DNA of 64,000 nt from Octopus sinensis (lineage: Eukaryota): assembly GCF_006345805.1 (NCBI RefSeq), contig NC_043007.1:4030001-4094000 (forward strand). The letters run 5' to 3'. Numbering within the stretch: the first letter of the stretch is position 1; every line of letters begins with the position of its first letter. The translations under genes and the position numbers were made by a program. The notes below the pieces were generated by a model. It saw only the letters and a program-made list of their open reading frames with translations, searched no databases and had not been told where the DNA came from. Below, piece by piece: positions 24,450 to 36,938 of this stretch.

Positions 24450-25700
24450 CTGTTGTGTCTGGGGAGAGTCATTTTCTTTTTGTGCCTTATTATTTAACAC
24501 ACTCATTGGTAAAATTTCCACTTTTTTCTTATTTTTATTGTCCTAAAATTTTCGTTGCACCTTGCAATCTTTTCAATAGTTTTGCTTCAACACACAAACT
24601 CATATAAAAAATCTTGCAAACCAAATCCAAAAACGAAATATATATATAAAACATATACATATACACACCATCTTCAGCTTAGATTAATGTGGGTTCATAT
24701 GGGTGCGTTGATAGAATTTTTACTTTGATCTTATTTATCAAACCATTATGTTTCTCATTGACATGCTAATAGAATGCTGATGTTGATTTCTTATTCCTTT
24801 GCATGCACCAATGCTTTTCTATTCTTTTTGCTGAGTTAAGGTGGTGTTGTTGCATTCACTTTCCATGCAGCTCCTATGGTACTCTACATTTCTAGTTTTA
24901 CAATTTTATCTTTAGATTCATTTTGCATACGATACTATTGTTATTGATACAGGTGGTCTTTTTGAAAGGGTGTATTTTATTTGGATTGTAATGGATCTGC
25001 TTAGTTTTCCAACGATTTCAATTTTCAATTTGCTTAATGCTCTCTTGAATTTATAAGCTAGTTCACCTTTGGGAATAACAACAGGATTTGTTCTTATTAT
25101 TCCGTGAGCTTGTCTTGCTTCTTTATCTCCTTTATTCTTTATAATGCATTCAATGTCTTGCTCCAAACGTACAGGCAGGTTCCATTTGTATCATTTTTAA
25201 TGTTGCTTTCTAACTTGTTTTTCATAGTTCCTTTGTACTCCCTGATTCAATTCTTTTGGTTATGCCTGAAGAATTGCATGTAGGGGAGGAAGTCTTATGC
25301 AAGCTTTTTTTTATTTCGCAGATTTGGCACAAACGAGATATATTTCAAATTGTTCTTAGTAAGTTTGCTATTAGGATGTTTATTTTTATGTTTCCTGATA
25401 TAACATAGTTCTGAGGGATTAAGTACTTGGCAGCCATGGCTTTTGAACAATGTGAATGGAGAAGCTGTTGTTTATTGTTTCCAGTCAGAATTTCGTATCT
25501 AGGAGGAGTAAATTGTTTTGATGAAATTTTCTGCCCTCAATAGAAAGCACAATTATTTAGAACTACTTTTTGTAGTTGAGATGTTTGATTGTCAGTTTTT
25601 TTTTGTTGTGTGTTTGTGGTGAATAAAAGTTCAAAGAAGCATAACAATTTAAAATGTTTGTTAAAAACTGCTCTAGAATTAACAACATTCCACATTAAAA
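24445..25700 (-). mobile_element. Decayed Penelope-like element 2 (RT C-terminus, GIY-YIG domain, 3' tail)
   Basis: Minus-strand peptides NNLLLDTK..FSIHIVQKP, VVIPKGELAYKFKRALSKLKIEIV, and EHWCMQRNKKSTSAFY*HVNEKHNGLINKIKVKILSTHP (GIY-YIG C-terminal pattern EH...SA...H....H....KIL). Confidence 0.7.
24543..24579 (-). ncRNA. Candidate minimal hammerhead ribozyme (U3-A8 core variant) in the PLE 2 tail
   Basis: The minus strand reads CTA-TTGAAAA-G(A)TTGCA-AGG-TGCAA-C-GAAA-AT-T-T-TAG: stem I CTA/TAG, stem II closed by G-C, invariant GAAA and a palindromic AATT stem III. It lies sense-strand, just downstream of the ORF end. Confidence 0.5.
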
Positions 25701-27231
25701 ATGAAGTATTTATTGCAAAGAATGCAGAGTTGAAATATATTTTTTTATGAAATTGACACTAACAGAAGGTTGATTGTATAATTTGAGGAATTTTTAAATG
25801 GCTAGATTAATTAAAAAAAAGGTTTAGAATAAAAGTTTGCTATTTAGCTACATTGGAGAATTGGAAAATAAACCTCTACCTTATGATCTAAACTGGAATA
25901 TCTTACTCGCCAAAGCTAATAAATCCTACATTAGAAACATGCAAGAAAAAAAAAAAAAAACTGTGGGAGGTTGCATAACTGAGTATTTGGAAATCTTAGC
26001 ATCAGTAACTTAACCTTAAATACACATTCTGAAAAGATTTCATCCCTCATACACATGGCTTTTAGGATTTTACAAAAATTTTAAACATATTAATTACCTC
26101 TACCACTAGCAACACTCTGTCTTTCTTTGTTTCCACCTTTACATTCCAATCACTGGATATATATAATTATTTACTCTCCAGTTAGCCGTGCCTCCCCTCA
26201 TAAACTCACCTTCTTCATTCATTCTTCCTCATTGTATAATCTTAATTCCAAATTTACACTTTTCTGTATAAATTCCTTCTACATATTTATTCGACTTTGA
26301 ACGTTTTTTGTCTTATGTATTCCTTTTCCTAATTACTCTCCCATGGTTCCCCAACTAATTAAATTCATTATTTCACATCCCTAAATTGATGTGCATTATA
26401 AAATTATCTGAATTTCTTTTACTTGTTTATTTAATTTTGATCTCCCTTTCCAATTACACTTTCATGATTCCCTAACTAATTAAATACAGTATTTTATATC
26501 CTTAAATTGATCTATTACAATTTGTTTTCATATCCTTGCAGAGTTGGTCAATTTATATATACTGGAGCCTGAATTGATCTTCTTCTTCTGATTAACATAA
26601 TTAAATTATGATTACAATGTACTACCCCTCCTACAAATTAAGTTATTGCACTACAGCTTTAATATTTTATCTAATATTTTCTCATATCCTTGTTCCTGTA
26701 AATCTTAATTAATATGCTCTTTCACATTTTTCATCCCTCTTCCTATTATAACTTCATCAATGTTCTTAGACTTACTTCCTTTGTCACTGCCTTTCTCCAT
26801 CTACTACCTTTCAATTTAAATCTAACAACATAATAAAAAAAAAATATTTACTTAGCCTTTTTGAGTCCATTCATCAAAAATATTAAGTCTACCTTTTAAA
26901 TAAATGCCTGTTTACCTCTTAGCTTCACATAAATTTTATCAAATTCATGAATCTTTTATGTCTCGTCTATATTTTAATCATATACACCTTTACTGTTTAG
27001 CTTTACTTCTTAAATTAACACCTTTCAACTTTTTATCTAGATAGAACCTTTTATCTGAAATAATCGTCAATGTATCATTTACATTCCCAGTCATATAGTT
27101 TATACACTATTATTGTTCCAACCCGTTTTAGTTTTACTTTCTCAATTATTACCCTCAAATACTTATTTAGACAGAATTCAAACCCCTTAAATAATAATTT
27201 TTTTTTCTTCAAATATTTTTAACGAATACAT

Positions 27232-27480
27232 ACCTGTGCTGGTGGCACGTAAAAAAGCATCAACCAATTGTGATTGCTGCCAGCCTCCCCTGGCATCTGT
27301 GCCGGTGGCACGTAAAAAAGCACCCACTACACTCACGGAGTGGTTGGCGTTAGGAAGGGCATCCAGCTGTAGAAACACTGCCAGATCAGATTGGAGCCTG
27401 GTGCAGCCTCCTGGCTTCCCAGACCCCGGTGGAACCCGTGCTAGCACGGAAAACGGATGTTATACGATGATGATGATGAT
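27232..27480 (+). mobile_element. Family A RTE-type tail repeat
   Basis: GGTGGCACGTAAAAAAGC twice, then GGAGTGGTTGGCGTTAGGAAGGGCATCCAGCTGTAG...(GAT)n. Confidence 0.85.
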
Positions 27481-27616
27481 TTTAATTTATTTGTTTGTAC
27501 CATTCTTGATTTTCTTCATAGAATTGCAATATTTTCTCAATATCTCCTAATCCTTTAGAATTGTTACCATTCAATATTGCTTTATTACCTCCTTAATTAT
27601 ATATACATTACCATCT

Positions 27617-28035
27617 ATAGGCACAGGAGTGGCTGTTTGGTAAGTAGCTTGCTAACCAACCACATGGTTCCGGGTTCAGTCCCACTGCGTGGCATCTTGG
27701 GCACATGTCTTCTGCTATAGCCCCGGGCCAACCAATGCCTTGTGAGTGGATTTGGTAGACGGAAACTGAAAGAAGCCTGTCGTATATATGTATATATATA
27801 TATAAAAGTGTGTGTGAATATGTTTGTGTGTCTGTGTTTGTTCCCCTAGTATTGCTTGATAACCGATGCTGGTGTGTTTACATCCCCGTAACTTAGCGGT
27901 TTGGCAAAAGAGACCGATAGAATAAGTACTGGGCTTACAAAGAATAAGTCCCGGGGTCGATTTGCTCGACTAAAGGCGGTGCTCCAGCATGGCCGCAGTC
28001 AAATGACTGAAACAAGTAAAAAAAAAAAAAAGAGT
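27617..28035 (+). mobile_element. Family B SINE, full length and young
   Basis: GGCACAGGAGTGGCTGTTTGGTAAG...GGTTCCGGGTTCAGTCCCACTGCGTGGC...GCTCCAGCATGGCCGCAGTCAAATGACTGAAACAAGTA. Confidence 0.92.
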
Positions 28036-29691
28036 AATCTTTATATTAATTAATATTTACTCTTTATTAAATATCAAACATTACTTTGTCTGGTAAAATC
28101 TCTTACATCGCTATTCAAATAAGTTATTCCCCTTGTACTAGTTATCTAGTGGCTAGATCTATGAACACATCCAATGTTATTTCAAAATAATTTATATGCT
28201 CTTTTGCAAAATTATCCAAAACATTCATCACACCAGCTCCTTCAATTTTCTTTTATATATATATTCTGTTTATATTCACAAAGTTGTTTTTATTTGTCCA
28301 AAATTCCAAGAAAATGTCTCCTGAACAAAACCAGACAAAAGAAACACAAAGTTTTGTATATTAGTTTAAAATTAGAATGGAGAAGAAACGAGGAATATTT
28401 TACGTTTTGGACAGTTTCTTCTTCTTCAAAGAAAAGCAGAAAAGAAGACAGGAAAGAAAGAATAACCAAAAGGAAGTGAGAAAGAAAAAAATTACGTGGA
28501 GTGAGATCGGTTGTGTTATTAGTTTTGTGACATGCTGTAAGTGGATGGTTGAAGAGAGGAACTAGAGGTAGTAAACTGGGTTTTGCAGCTAAGAGAACAA
28601 AAATAAATGGGAGGCAATGGGGGAATGAGTTGTATGTGTGTGTAAGTTATGCCATGTGTATATGTGTATGTATATTTGTATGTATATGTTGTGTGTTTGA
28701 GTATATTGTGGTGGTGTGGGGTCTGCACAGTTGGCACAACCTGTATGTGTTTGTATTTTTGTGTGGGTGTATAGCTGGAGAAAAGATGAATATTTAACTC
28801 TTGGAGTAAAGTTGATCTAAGGTAAAAGATAAATTTTAGCTTTTGTCAGACTGTTGAAACCAGGGTGAATACAGAAAAAGGAAGAGAGAGAAAAAAATTA
28901 CATGGAGTGAGATTGATTGTGTATGGAGAATTTGTGGTGTAAAATGAGAGTCAAAATGGAGAGGCATCGACATATGGTTAAATGAGCAGAAATGGTGGGA
29001 AACTGACAATACAGTGTTGTTTAAACAGGCAAGTGGCTTCAAAGTAAACCGAGACAAGATTAAGATTTTGTAAGCAAAATAGATGACAAAACTTTGCTGC
29101 TTTAGAGAAATGTACTTGATATGCAGAGATGAAGTTGGTAGAAATTCTAGAATAGTGGAATCACAGGCAGACTTTTAGTAAAAGTAGACTTTGTATGTGG
29201 CAGGTGCACCTGTTCATAGCAAGAACACTTACTAAATCATTAAACACATCAAGAGAAGCCGTACATTATCCATGCCTTGTACACAATAATACATAACTGG
29301 AACCTTGAAAATTTCAACAAAAACTAGGTTTTGTAGCCTCTGATGATCTCTTATAACAAACTTATAACACTACCCAAATCTGCATTTTTGCAGGATGAGG
29401 AAATGCCTTAGATCTGGTGAGTTGCCAACTTTCTAACAGAGTTCAAATATGACCCATTTTGGAATAAGGGAGTGCTACATACACAAGCAACCTGGGCTGC
29501 ATTAAATAAAAGTATATTTAGCAGAATGGGAGCATGTTACAACTGGCTGACACATGCACTGTTTCTTTTCTCTATTATTTTCCAATTACAATGGGTTCTG
29601 TTCATCTCAACTAAAAGCTACACAACACTCTTCTCTATATTCATTCGCACAAATCCCTCTTCTCTTCATCATTACTGTGTCTTATTACTAA

Positions 29692-30053
29692 ACTAGCACT
29701 ATGACCCGGCAACACCGGGTCATAGTGCTAGTGCATGCATATACAGCTGCGTGCGTGTGCACATACACTGTCCAAATCTCTGACCAATCACATACAGCTA
29801 GCTGGCATTCAATTGGCGTATCAAGTGTTGGGCATTTTGATTGGGTTTTGGATAGAAAATTCACAAAAAAGTCACTTCTATTAATTTTTTAATGGCTTTG
29901 CAGGGTGACTGGGGAAATGTAAAGATATGCACGACGACCCTTGGATGGTTTTGAATGACCATAGAAAGTGCGAGTCCTCTAACTGAAAAATTGTGGATTT
30001 GTATAAAGGACACACACACAGACAAACATTTTGCCGTTTATATATATAGAGAT
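29692..30053 (+). mobile_element. Non-autonomous Helitron/Helentron-like element
   Basis: Begins with a perfect 18-bp hairpin, ACTAGCACTATGACCCGG-CAACA-CCGGGTCATAGTGCTAGT, and ends ACACACACAGACAAACATTTTGCCGTTTATATATATAGAGAT, an end type typical of DINE-1/HINE-like elements. Confidence 0.6.
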
Positions 30054-31341
30054 ACTGTACAAAATCTTTTAAATCATTTTTCACCTGATTATTACTCTTT
30101 AAATTTCCATTGCCATTCATCTTTTACCTAAAAAGCATCAAACTACAAAATTTCAGGCTTGATACTGCCACAGGTTAATGATAATTTTTTTTTTTTTTTA
30201 ATTTTTACTTTTGCTACATTACTAAACTTGTTATCTAGTGATTTGCTAGATCTTTAATTTTGATGTTAGCTTACATTTGTATTGATGACTTAGCTTTAGA
30301 TTTTGAATAATCTCTCTCCATCTCTACACGCATATTGGTGTGGGCATAACTGTGTGGTTAAGAAATTTGCTTTGCAACCACCATGGTCAAGTGTCCTCTC
30401 TTGCCTCAGGTTGGTCAATGTCTTTTGAGTAACATTTGACAGATGGAAATTATACAAAAGTCCACTGCGAATGGAGAAAACAATAATAAAACAGGTGATA
30501 ATGAAGTGATGGCATGCATGTTTGAAACTGAGTAGCAATGAATAAATATATAACCTTGATGTGTGATATCTCCAGAATCCAAAGCATACTGCTGAGAATT
30601 AAGTGCAAATGGGTAGGACATGTTGTTTGAATGAAAGAGGACTGCATTCCAAAAATTCTTTAATATGGCCAAAAAGCAGAGGGACGCCACGGTAAAGGAA
30701 GACCTGTCCTTAGATACAAAGCTAAGTTGAAGCAATCACTAAAGTCTCTCCACAGCTTAATGTGACATTTTGGGGAAGTCATTGCCTTGATTGATCTGCA
30801 TGGTATAGAATGTGTCATGATGCATCAAACAATTTGAGTTCAAAAAACAGAACAATAAAAGAGTTATATTCTGCAATCAACAGACACATTTGTCCAATCC
30901 CAGGCAAAACCACAATCATCAGTGTCCCCGTTGTGACTTCAGAGCAGAATCCATCCCTGGACTCCAATTACATTCACGCATCCATTGCAAATAGATGCAG
31001 TTTTTTTTATTCTTTTTTTATTAAGGTGTTTTTTTCTTTGTTTCACTTTTTTTAAATCCTTTCCATCAAACACTCATACATTGAAATCACTGGGATGGCC
31101 ATCAAATGTATTAAGTACTTTTTCTATCTTGTTACTGAATAAAAAGCATATCTGATAAATTTGAATATTAATATTTCTTTTTCCACATGTATCAATGATA
31201 TATGTATGTGTATATATACAAGTGTGCACACACACATACGCACACACACACACGCACGCACACATACACACATTTTTACGTGTATATCAGATTATGTTGT
31301 AATAAATTCTACTAAGAAGTGTTTATCATTTTAGATTTCTT

Positions 31342-31379
<38 letters not shown>

Positions 31380-31641
31380 GAATGCGAAGGGATATTGATG
31401 GGTGATTCAATCCACTTGTATTGCTTGTATTTATTTGATGGTGTTTTTGATTTAAAATACTTCAGTGGCTCAAGAGTAATTTGAACTCAGATTTCAGAAA
31501 CTCAAAATAAAATATTGTAAAACATCTGCTACAAAACTCTATAATGCATACTTTTTTCTCCACTGGAATATGCATGAGTTTATGTAATCAAGGAATATTT
31601 TGTGTGTATATGTGTGTAATATGTGTGTTCACATGTGCATG

Positions 31642-31684
<43 letters not shown>

Positions 31685-31838
31685 TAAGAATATAATTCTC
31701 TTGGTAGTATTGAGAGCTTGAGAAATATTCATTCATTTTTGTTTCTTTTATTCTTTACAGCATTTGTCCATTTTTATCTTCTATAGAAGGAGAAATATTT
31801 TATTAAATTTTATTTTTTCTTTTGTCTTTCTATTTTAG

Positions 31839-31908
31839 TTATATTTTTACATCCTGTGCTGGATAAAAGTCACCCATGTTCCTGGTGTATACAATGGCTT
31901 ACAAACAG
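31839..31908 (+). CDS. Candidate 70-nt exon (LYFYILCWIKVTHVPGVYNGLQT, or 5'UTR plus MAYKQ)
   Basis: Long pyrimidine tract ttttttcttttgtctttctattttag| and donor CAG|gtatgt in non-repetitive sequence; phase-compatible with the exons at 50450 and 50608. Confidence 0.4.
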
Positions 31909-32328
31909 GTATGTATGCATAGCATTCTCAGAACTGTGCTTCAATTTTTGTTTCAGATTTCTTCAAGTCCCTGTACAGCACATTTGTTTCTTACATATTT
32001 GTTTCTTATATATTTGGTGAGACAATTTCCAAAGAAACTTTGCAGAAATTTCTATGTACATCCTAGTTCTCAAGAAACATATATAATGGAGTATTGAAAC
32101 CATACAACCCACTAATCCAAAACATGTTTCTTATATATGAAATATAGTTCGTTGTTGTTGTTGTTGCTTACAGAAACCCCACCCTCTTGGCACAGCTGTC
32201 TGAAAAACACTAAAGTCACCCACAAGTAAAGCAATGCACTGGGACCCTAACATTCATTTATTGATGGCATGTCACAACATATATAAATTAGCACTGGGTC
32301 CCTTGATCTGTGTCCCCACTCCCTAGAT

Positions 32329-32750
32329 CAGGGGGTCACTAAAGGGGGTCCGAGGAAACCCCTAGGGCTCAGTGAGGAATTACAGAGGATTGATGATAGC
32401 CAAGGGGTTGAATGGGGGTTGGTGTGCAAAAGACCAGCTCACCCAGATGAACGTCTTGAAATGCTTAGCGCTAAGCTCATCCCTCACATTGATGTTGTTA
32501 ATTTCAATAAAAGATTTTACAGCAACATGATGCGTTTTTCACATTTTCTAACCATGAAAACAATTTCATAAAAATCGAAAGTTTAATAATGTACACTCAT
32601 ACACAGAGATTTAAATGTAAAAAGTGTGTCATCTTCAATAGAATTTCTTAATTTGTCATGCATGTATATTTTAGCTAACATTTTGGTGGTCAATGTGGAA
32701 GGAGAAGTGGCTAAAGGGGGTCGATGGTCGAAAAGGTTTGGCAACCCCTG
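32329..32750. mobile_element. hAT (Charlie-like) MITE, 422 bp, with 8-bp TSD
   Basis: TSD CCCTAGAT at 32321-32328 and 32751-32758; termini CAGGGGGTCACTAAA and TTTGGCAACCCCTG form imperfect TIRs. Confidence 0.85.
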
Positions 32751-34817
32751 CCCTAGATAAATGGTCTATGTGCCTATATCTTAAGAGGGCACTTCCTCCT
32801 GGTGATTTTTGGTTTTCTGCTAGGTAGTGTAATATATATATGTATTATATATTTGGTATATTTAATAAGAGTTTGACTTATCTCCACATGACTTAAAGAT
32901 TCATAAGTATGTAGGGCAAATCCATCTCATGAAGCAGAGTGGAAGGTTTGAGAGAAATTTAAGATGGACTCTTGGTGTTTAGGCCTAAACGCAAAACCAC
33001 ATTGAACTGCAGACATGTCATTTGTACAACTTAACAATTTGTTTGAAATACACCAACACGTTAAATGTGTGTGTGTGTGCATGCGTATGTGTGCGAGTGT
33101 GTGTGTGCAGCAGTTAAGAAGTTCACTTTGCAGTCTCATGGGTTTGAGTTCAGTCCCACTATACAGCACGTTAGGTAAGTGCCTGCTATTGCCCTGGGCT
33201 GACCAATGTCATATGAAGGAATTTGGGAGACAGAAACTGTTTATATTTATACATGCGTGTGTGTGTGTGCATTTACATACTCCATGCTTTTCATTGCTAG
33301 AATGAAGCGGTGCTAATGTTGACATTCTGATGTCAAGACCAGTCACTCTGTGCTTTTGAAGACCTGTGGAATAATGTTATCTCTTATTTCGAAAACAAGA
33401 AAAGTATCTGGACTTAAAATTCTGACTCAGATAAATTTCTATCCTAACCCATGACAGCATGGAAAAATGGATGTTAATCAAATGAAAAATGGATGTATGC
33501 ATGTATACCAAGTGCCTCATATGCTAGGCAAAATTTGAAAATATAATGTTAGACGACTCATGATGCAGTCTCTTAAGGATAAAGTTATAGGGTGACATTT
33601 ACTTTTCATTACATGTTTGTATTGTGTATGTGTATGCATATCTATAGCATCATCATCATCATCGTCGTTTAACGTCTGCTTTCCATGCTGGCATGGGTTG
33701 GACGGTTTGACTGAGGAATGGCAAGCCAGAAGGCTGCACCAGGCTCCAGTGCATGTGTGTGTGTGTGTGGTGTGTGTGTGTATATATATATGAGTGTGTG
33801 CAATTATATGTATGCATGTATATTAGTATATGTATGTGTGTGTGTATTCATACATATACACTCATAAATACACACATAAATGTGTGAGTATGTTTATATG
33901 TATGCCTATTTAGATGTGTGTGTGTATATATATGTATATATACACATACATTTATGTGCGCGCATGTGTGTTGTGTGTCTGTGCGCATGTGTGTGTGTGT
34001 GTGTGTATGATAATGATAATTATAAATTACTTTTCACATAGCTGTAAATATCACCTGATACTGAAGAAAACCAATGTGAAAATTATCCAATTGACATGTA
34101 TAAAATATGTCACTAATGGAAAAACTAATCAAAATATAACTTCAAAATAAATGAATCTGATAACGAATGCAATTGCACCCTTTCAAGCACATTCTCACTA
34201 AGCTCAGTAACTTCAAATGTAAGAAAATACCCTGTTTGTGGATTGATAGAAAACTCCTTCCAAAGTTTCTACATCAATCATACTTATAGCTTCCTCTGTT
34301 CTAAACAATTATGTTATATCTAACATTAAAAGAGAACAAACAGTGAAGTTGGCAAATCCTATGTGAATATTATAATATTCTCATGCAATTTACTAACTCC
34401 ACTGTTAAAGGAAGGAGAGTATGCAGTCTATAACAAGCAGGAAAATATCATATCTTAACTCAGCTTGATGAGGCCTTTACTACAAACGTGCTGGCTTTCG
34501 TATGCAAGTACAGAGAATAGTAGCACATAAATGGTTATACTTTGCAATGAGAATAGCCAAAATGCAGCATTGCTCTGCATGTCCGATGGTGACAAGGCAT
34601 CTCATATCCCATCTAACGGCAGCAGTAGACTTCATTTCCAAGACTACAAAAAAATGCCATCATTGGTGACTACAGCAAGATCACATGACCTGAAAAAGAC
34701 TGATAAGAATGTGCTAAGAATCAAACATTTTATTGTGTCTTTACTTTTAGTTGGCTAAAACATGAGCAATAGAGCTGTAAAATTTTAAATCCTTACATAT
34801 TTTTTAATGTAAGTACA

Positions 34818-35175
34818 TCATCATCATCATCATCGTTTAATGTCTGCTTTCCATGCTAGCATGGGTTGGACGATTGACTGGCGAACCAGATGGCTGCATC
34901 AGGCTTCAATCTTGACCTGGCAGAGTTTCTAAAGCTGGATGCTCTTCCTAACGCCAACCACTCACAAAAGTGTAGTGGGTGCTTTTTACGTGCCACCGGC
35001 ACGGGGCCGGTTAGGCGGTACTGGCAATGACCTTGCTCATATCTTTTTACACATGCCACTGGCACAGGTGCCAGTAAGGCAATGCTGGTAACGATCCCGC
35101 TCGAATGGTGTCTTTTACGTGCCAACGGCATGGAAGCCAGATAGCAGGTCTGGCAATGACCACACTTGGATGGTG
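34818..35175 (-). mobile_element. Family A RTE-type tail repeat with internal tandem units
   Basis: (CAT)n CGTTTAATGTCTGCTTTCCATGCTAGCATGGG... with repeated TTTTACGTGCCA units. Confidence 0.85.
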
Positions 35176-35829
35176 CTCTTAATACCTTACTAATACAATA
35201 TGTGATATTTATTGGAGAATGGGATAAGATGGTGTAACATTCATGACTTTCTCAAAGACATTAGTGGCAACAAATAGGCAAAACAGTGAAATCTACAACT
35301 GAAATCCTTTCCTGGTTGCAGACACAGACCATTGAGAAAAATTCTTCTACTCTATCGCATTCCTAAAGGCTTAAAGTTAGTGTACAGAATGTTAAAGCTC
35401 GATTTATGTAATGAAGATTTGTGAATCGATTTCAGCTGTATAATTTGTATGTATGTGAATTTTATTACCTGAGTATCACTGGAAATTAATCCAGTTCAAA
35501 CATTTAATAAGTGAAATAATTTTTTCTAGCTTTTTATTTGGTAGTTGCAGAAAATAGATAGCTGGTTTAACACTTCACGGTATCTGTTCAGGGCTCAAGA
35601 TTAGAAATGCAAATTCTGCTATGGTTGACAGAGGTGTCAGTAATACATTATTAAAATCTGTTGCACCTCTTCCTAATTACAAAAAGAAACAAATGGTTAA
35701 GCAATTGAAAATCACAAAATAACTAAAGCCTCATAAATAAATTATTCATATCAGAAATCACTCCAAGAATGTCATTGAAAGCAAATGAACAGTAATGGCC
35801 TTAAAGAGTAGAAAAAGCACATTCTGTTT

Positions 35830-35887
<58 letters not shown>

Positions 35888-36314
35888 AAGAGAGACTTGT
35901 AGGGAAGAATGCTCTACATATGTTCAGAGGATATGTGATATTAATTTATGAGAAAAGCTGATTGTGTATAAACTGAGAAACAAATGATTGGCTCTGGTGT
36001 GCAGCAGAGCTACATGAAGACTGATACAACAATGTGAATTGATGGTAGATTGTATCCATGGGAGAAGTAATTCGAGCAGAAAGGGACAAGTTCAAATCCA
36101 AGAATGTCAGTATGGATTATAGCGATAATTAACATGATGAAATCTTACAATTTGAGAAGAAATCAGTGCTTTGCCTTCCAAGAATATATATCAGATTGAA
36201 GATGTACAAATTATGAACGTAATATATTTCAAACTGGAAATTTAGTCTGATGTTGGAAAGAACTAATTGTTTGATACAACACTGATGATAATGATATTTA
36301 TCATTATTATTATT

Positions 36315-36829
36315 GAGTGAGAGAGCACTGCATGCCATCAAAGTGACACTGGGGTAAAATACCCATCATGACTACCCGTCTGATAAGGGTACACCAGCCA
36401 CATGCCTTACAACCGTATGTGCATGACATGGTGATCTCATATCAAAATTAACAGCGCATGACTTTGCAGGTGGGGCCCAGTTAGACTCTTTCTCAGGTTG
36501 AGTAGCCTATCCTGCTCAAAAGGTTCCTGAATGGTTAAGGATGTTGAACAAAGTGCCCATGTTTCCACAAGTAAATTATTCAAACCCCAAAGAATTCCTC
36601 TCAACACATGGCTATGATGCTCCCCCACTACTTCTGCTCGTGATCAGAGATGCACATATCGTCAGCCACTAAAGGACATGCTCAACTTGTTAAGCAAATA
36701 TGTGGTATTGAGCAGAATATTTGCTGCAGCCCATCTTTTATACCGAGACAAAACAATGTACATGATAACACCTCCAGTCAGTTAAGATCAGAAGCCATGA
36801 GAGCCATTGCCCAGTACTGCATCAGGGCA
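36315..36829 (-). mobile_element. ~515-bp non-coding element inserted in a (TAA)n array; probable Dong-mobilised non-autonomous element
   Basis: Unique-looking body with (TAT)n on the + strand on both sides, no ORF, and no tRNA head recognised. Confidence 0.55.
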
Positions 36830-36851
36830 TTTATTATTATTATTATTATTA

Positions 36852-36938
<87 letters not shown>
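36830..36938 (+). repeat. (TTA)~36 microsatellite
   Basis: Direct reading; two ATC interruptions. Confidence 0.95.

Noticed and set aside
31957-32016. Second + strand exon-like segment (tttcag|ATTTC...TTTG|gtgaga)
   Set aside because: It would leave a 48-nt intron after the 31908 donor, which is implausibly short, and the sequence is low-complexity.
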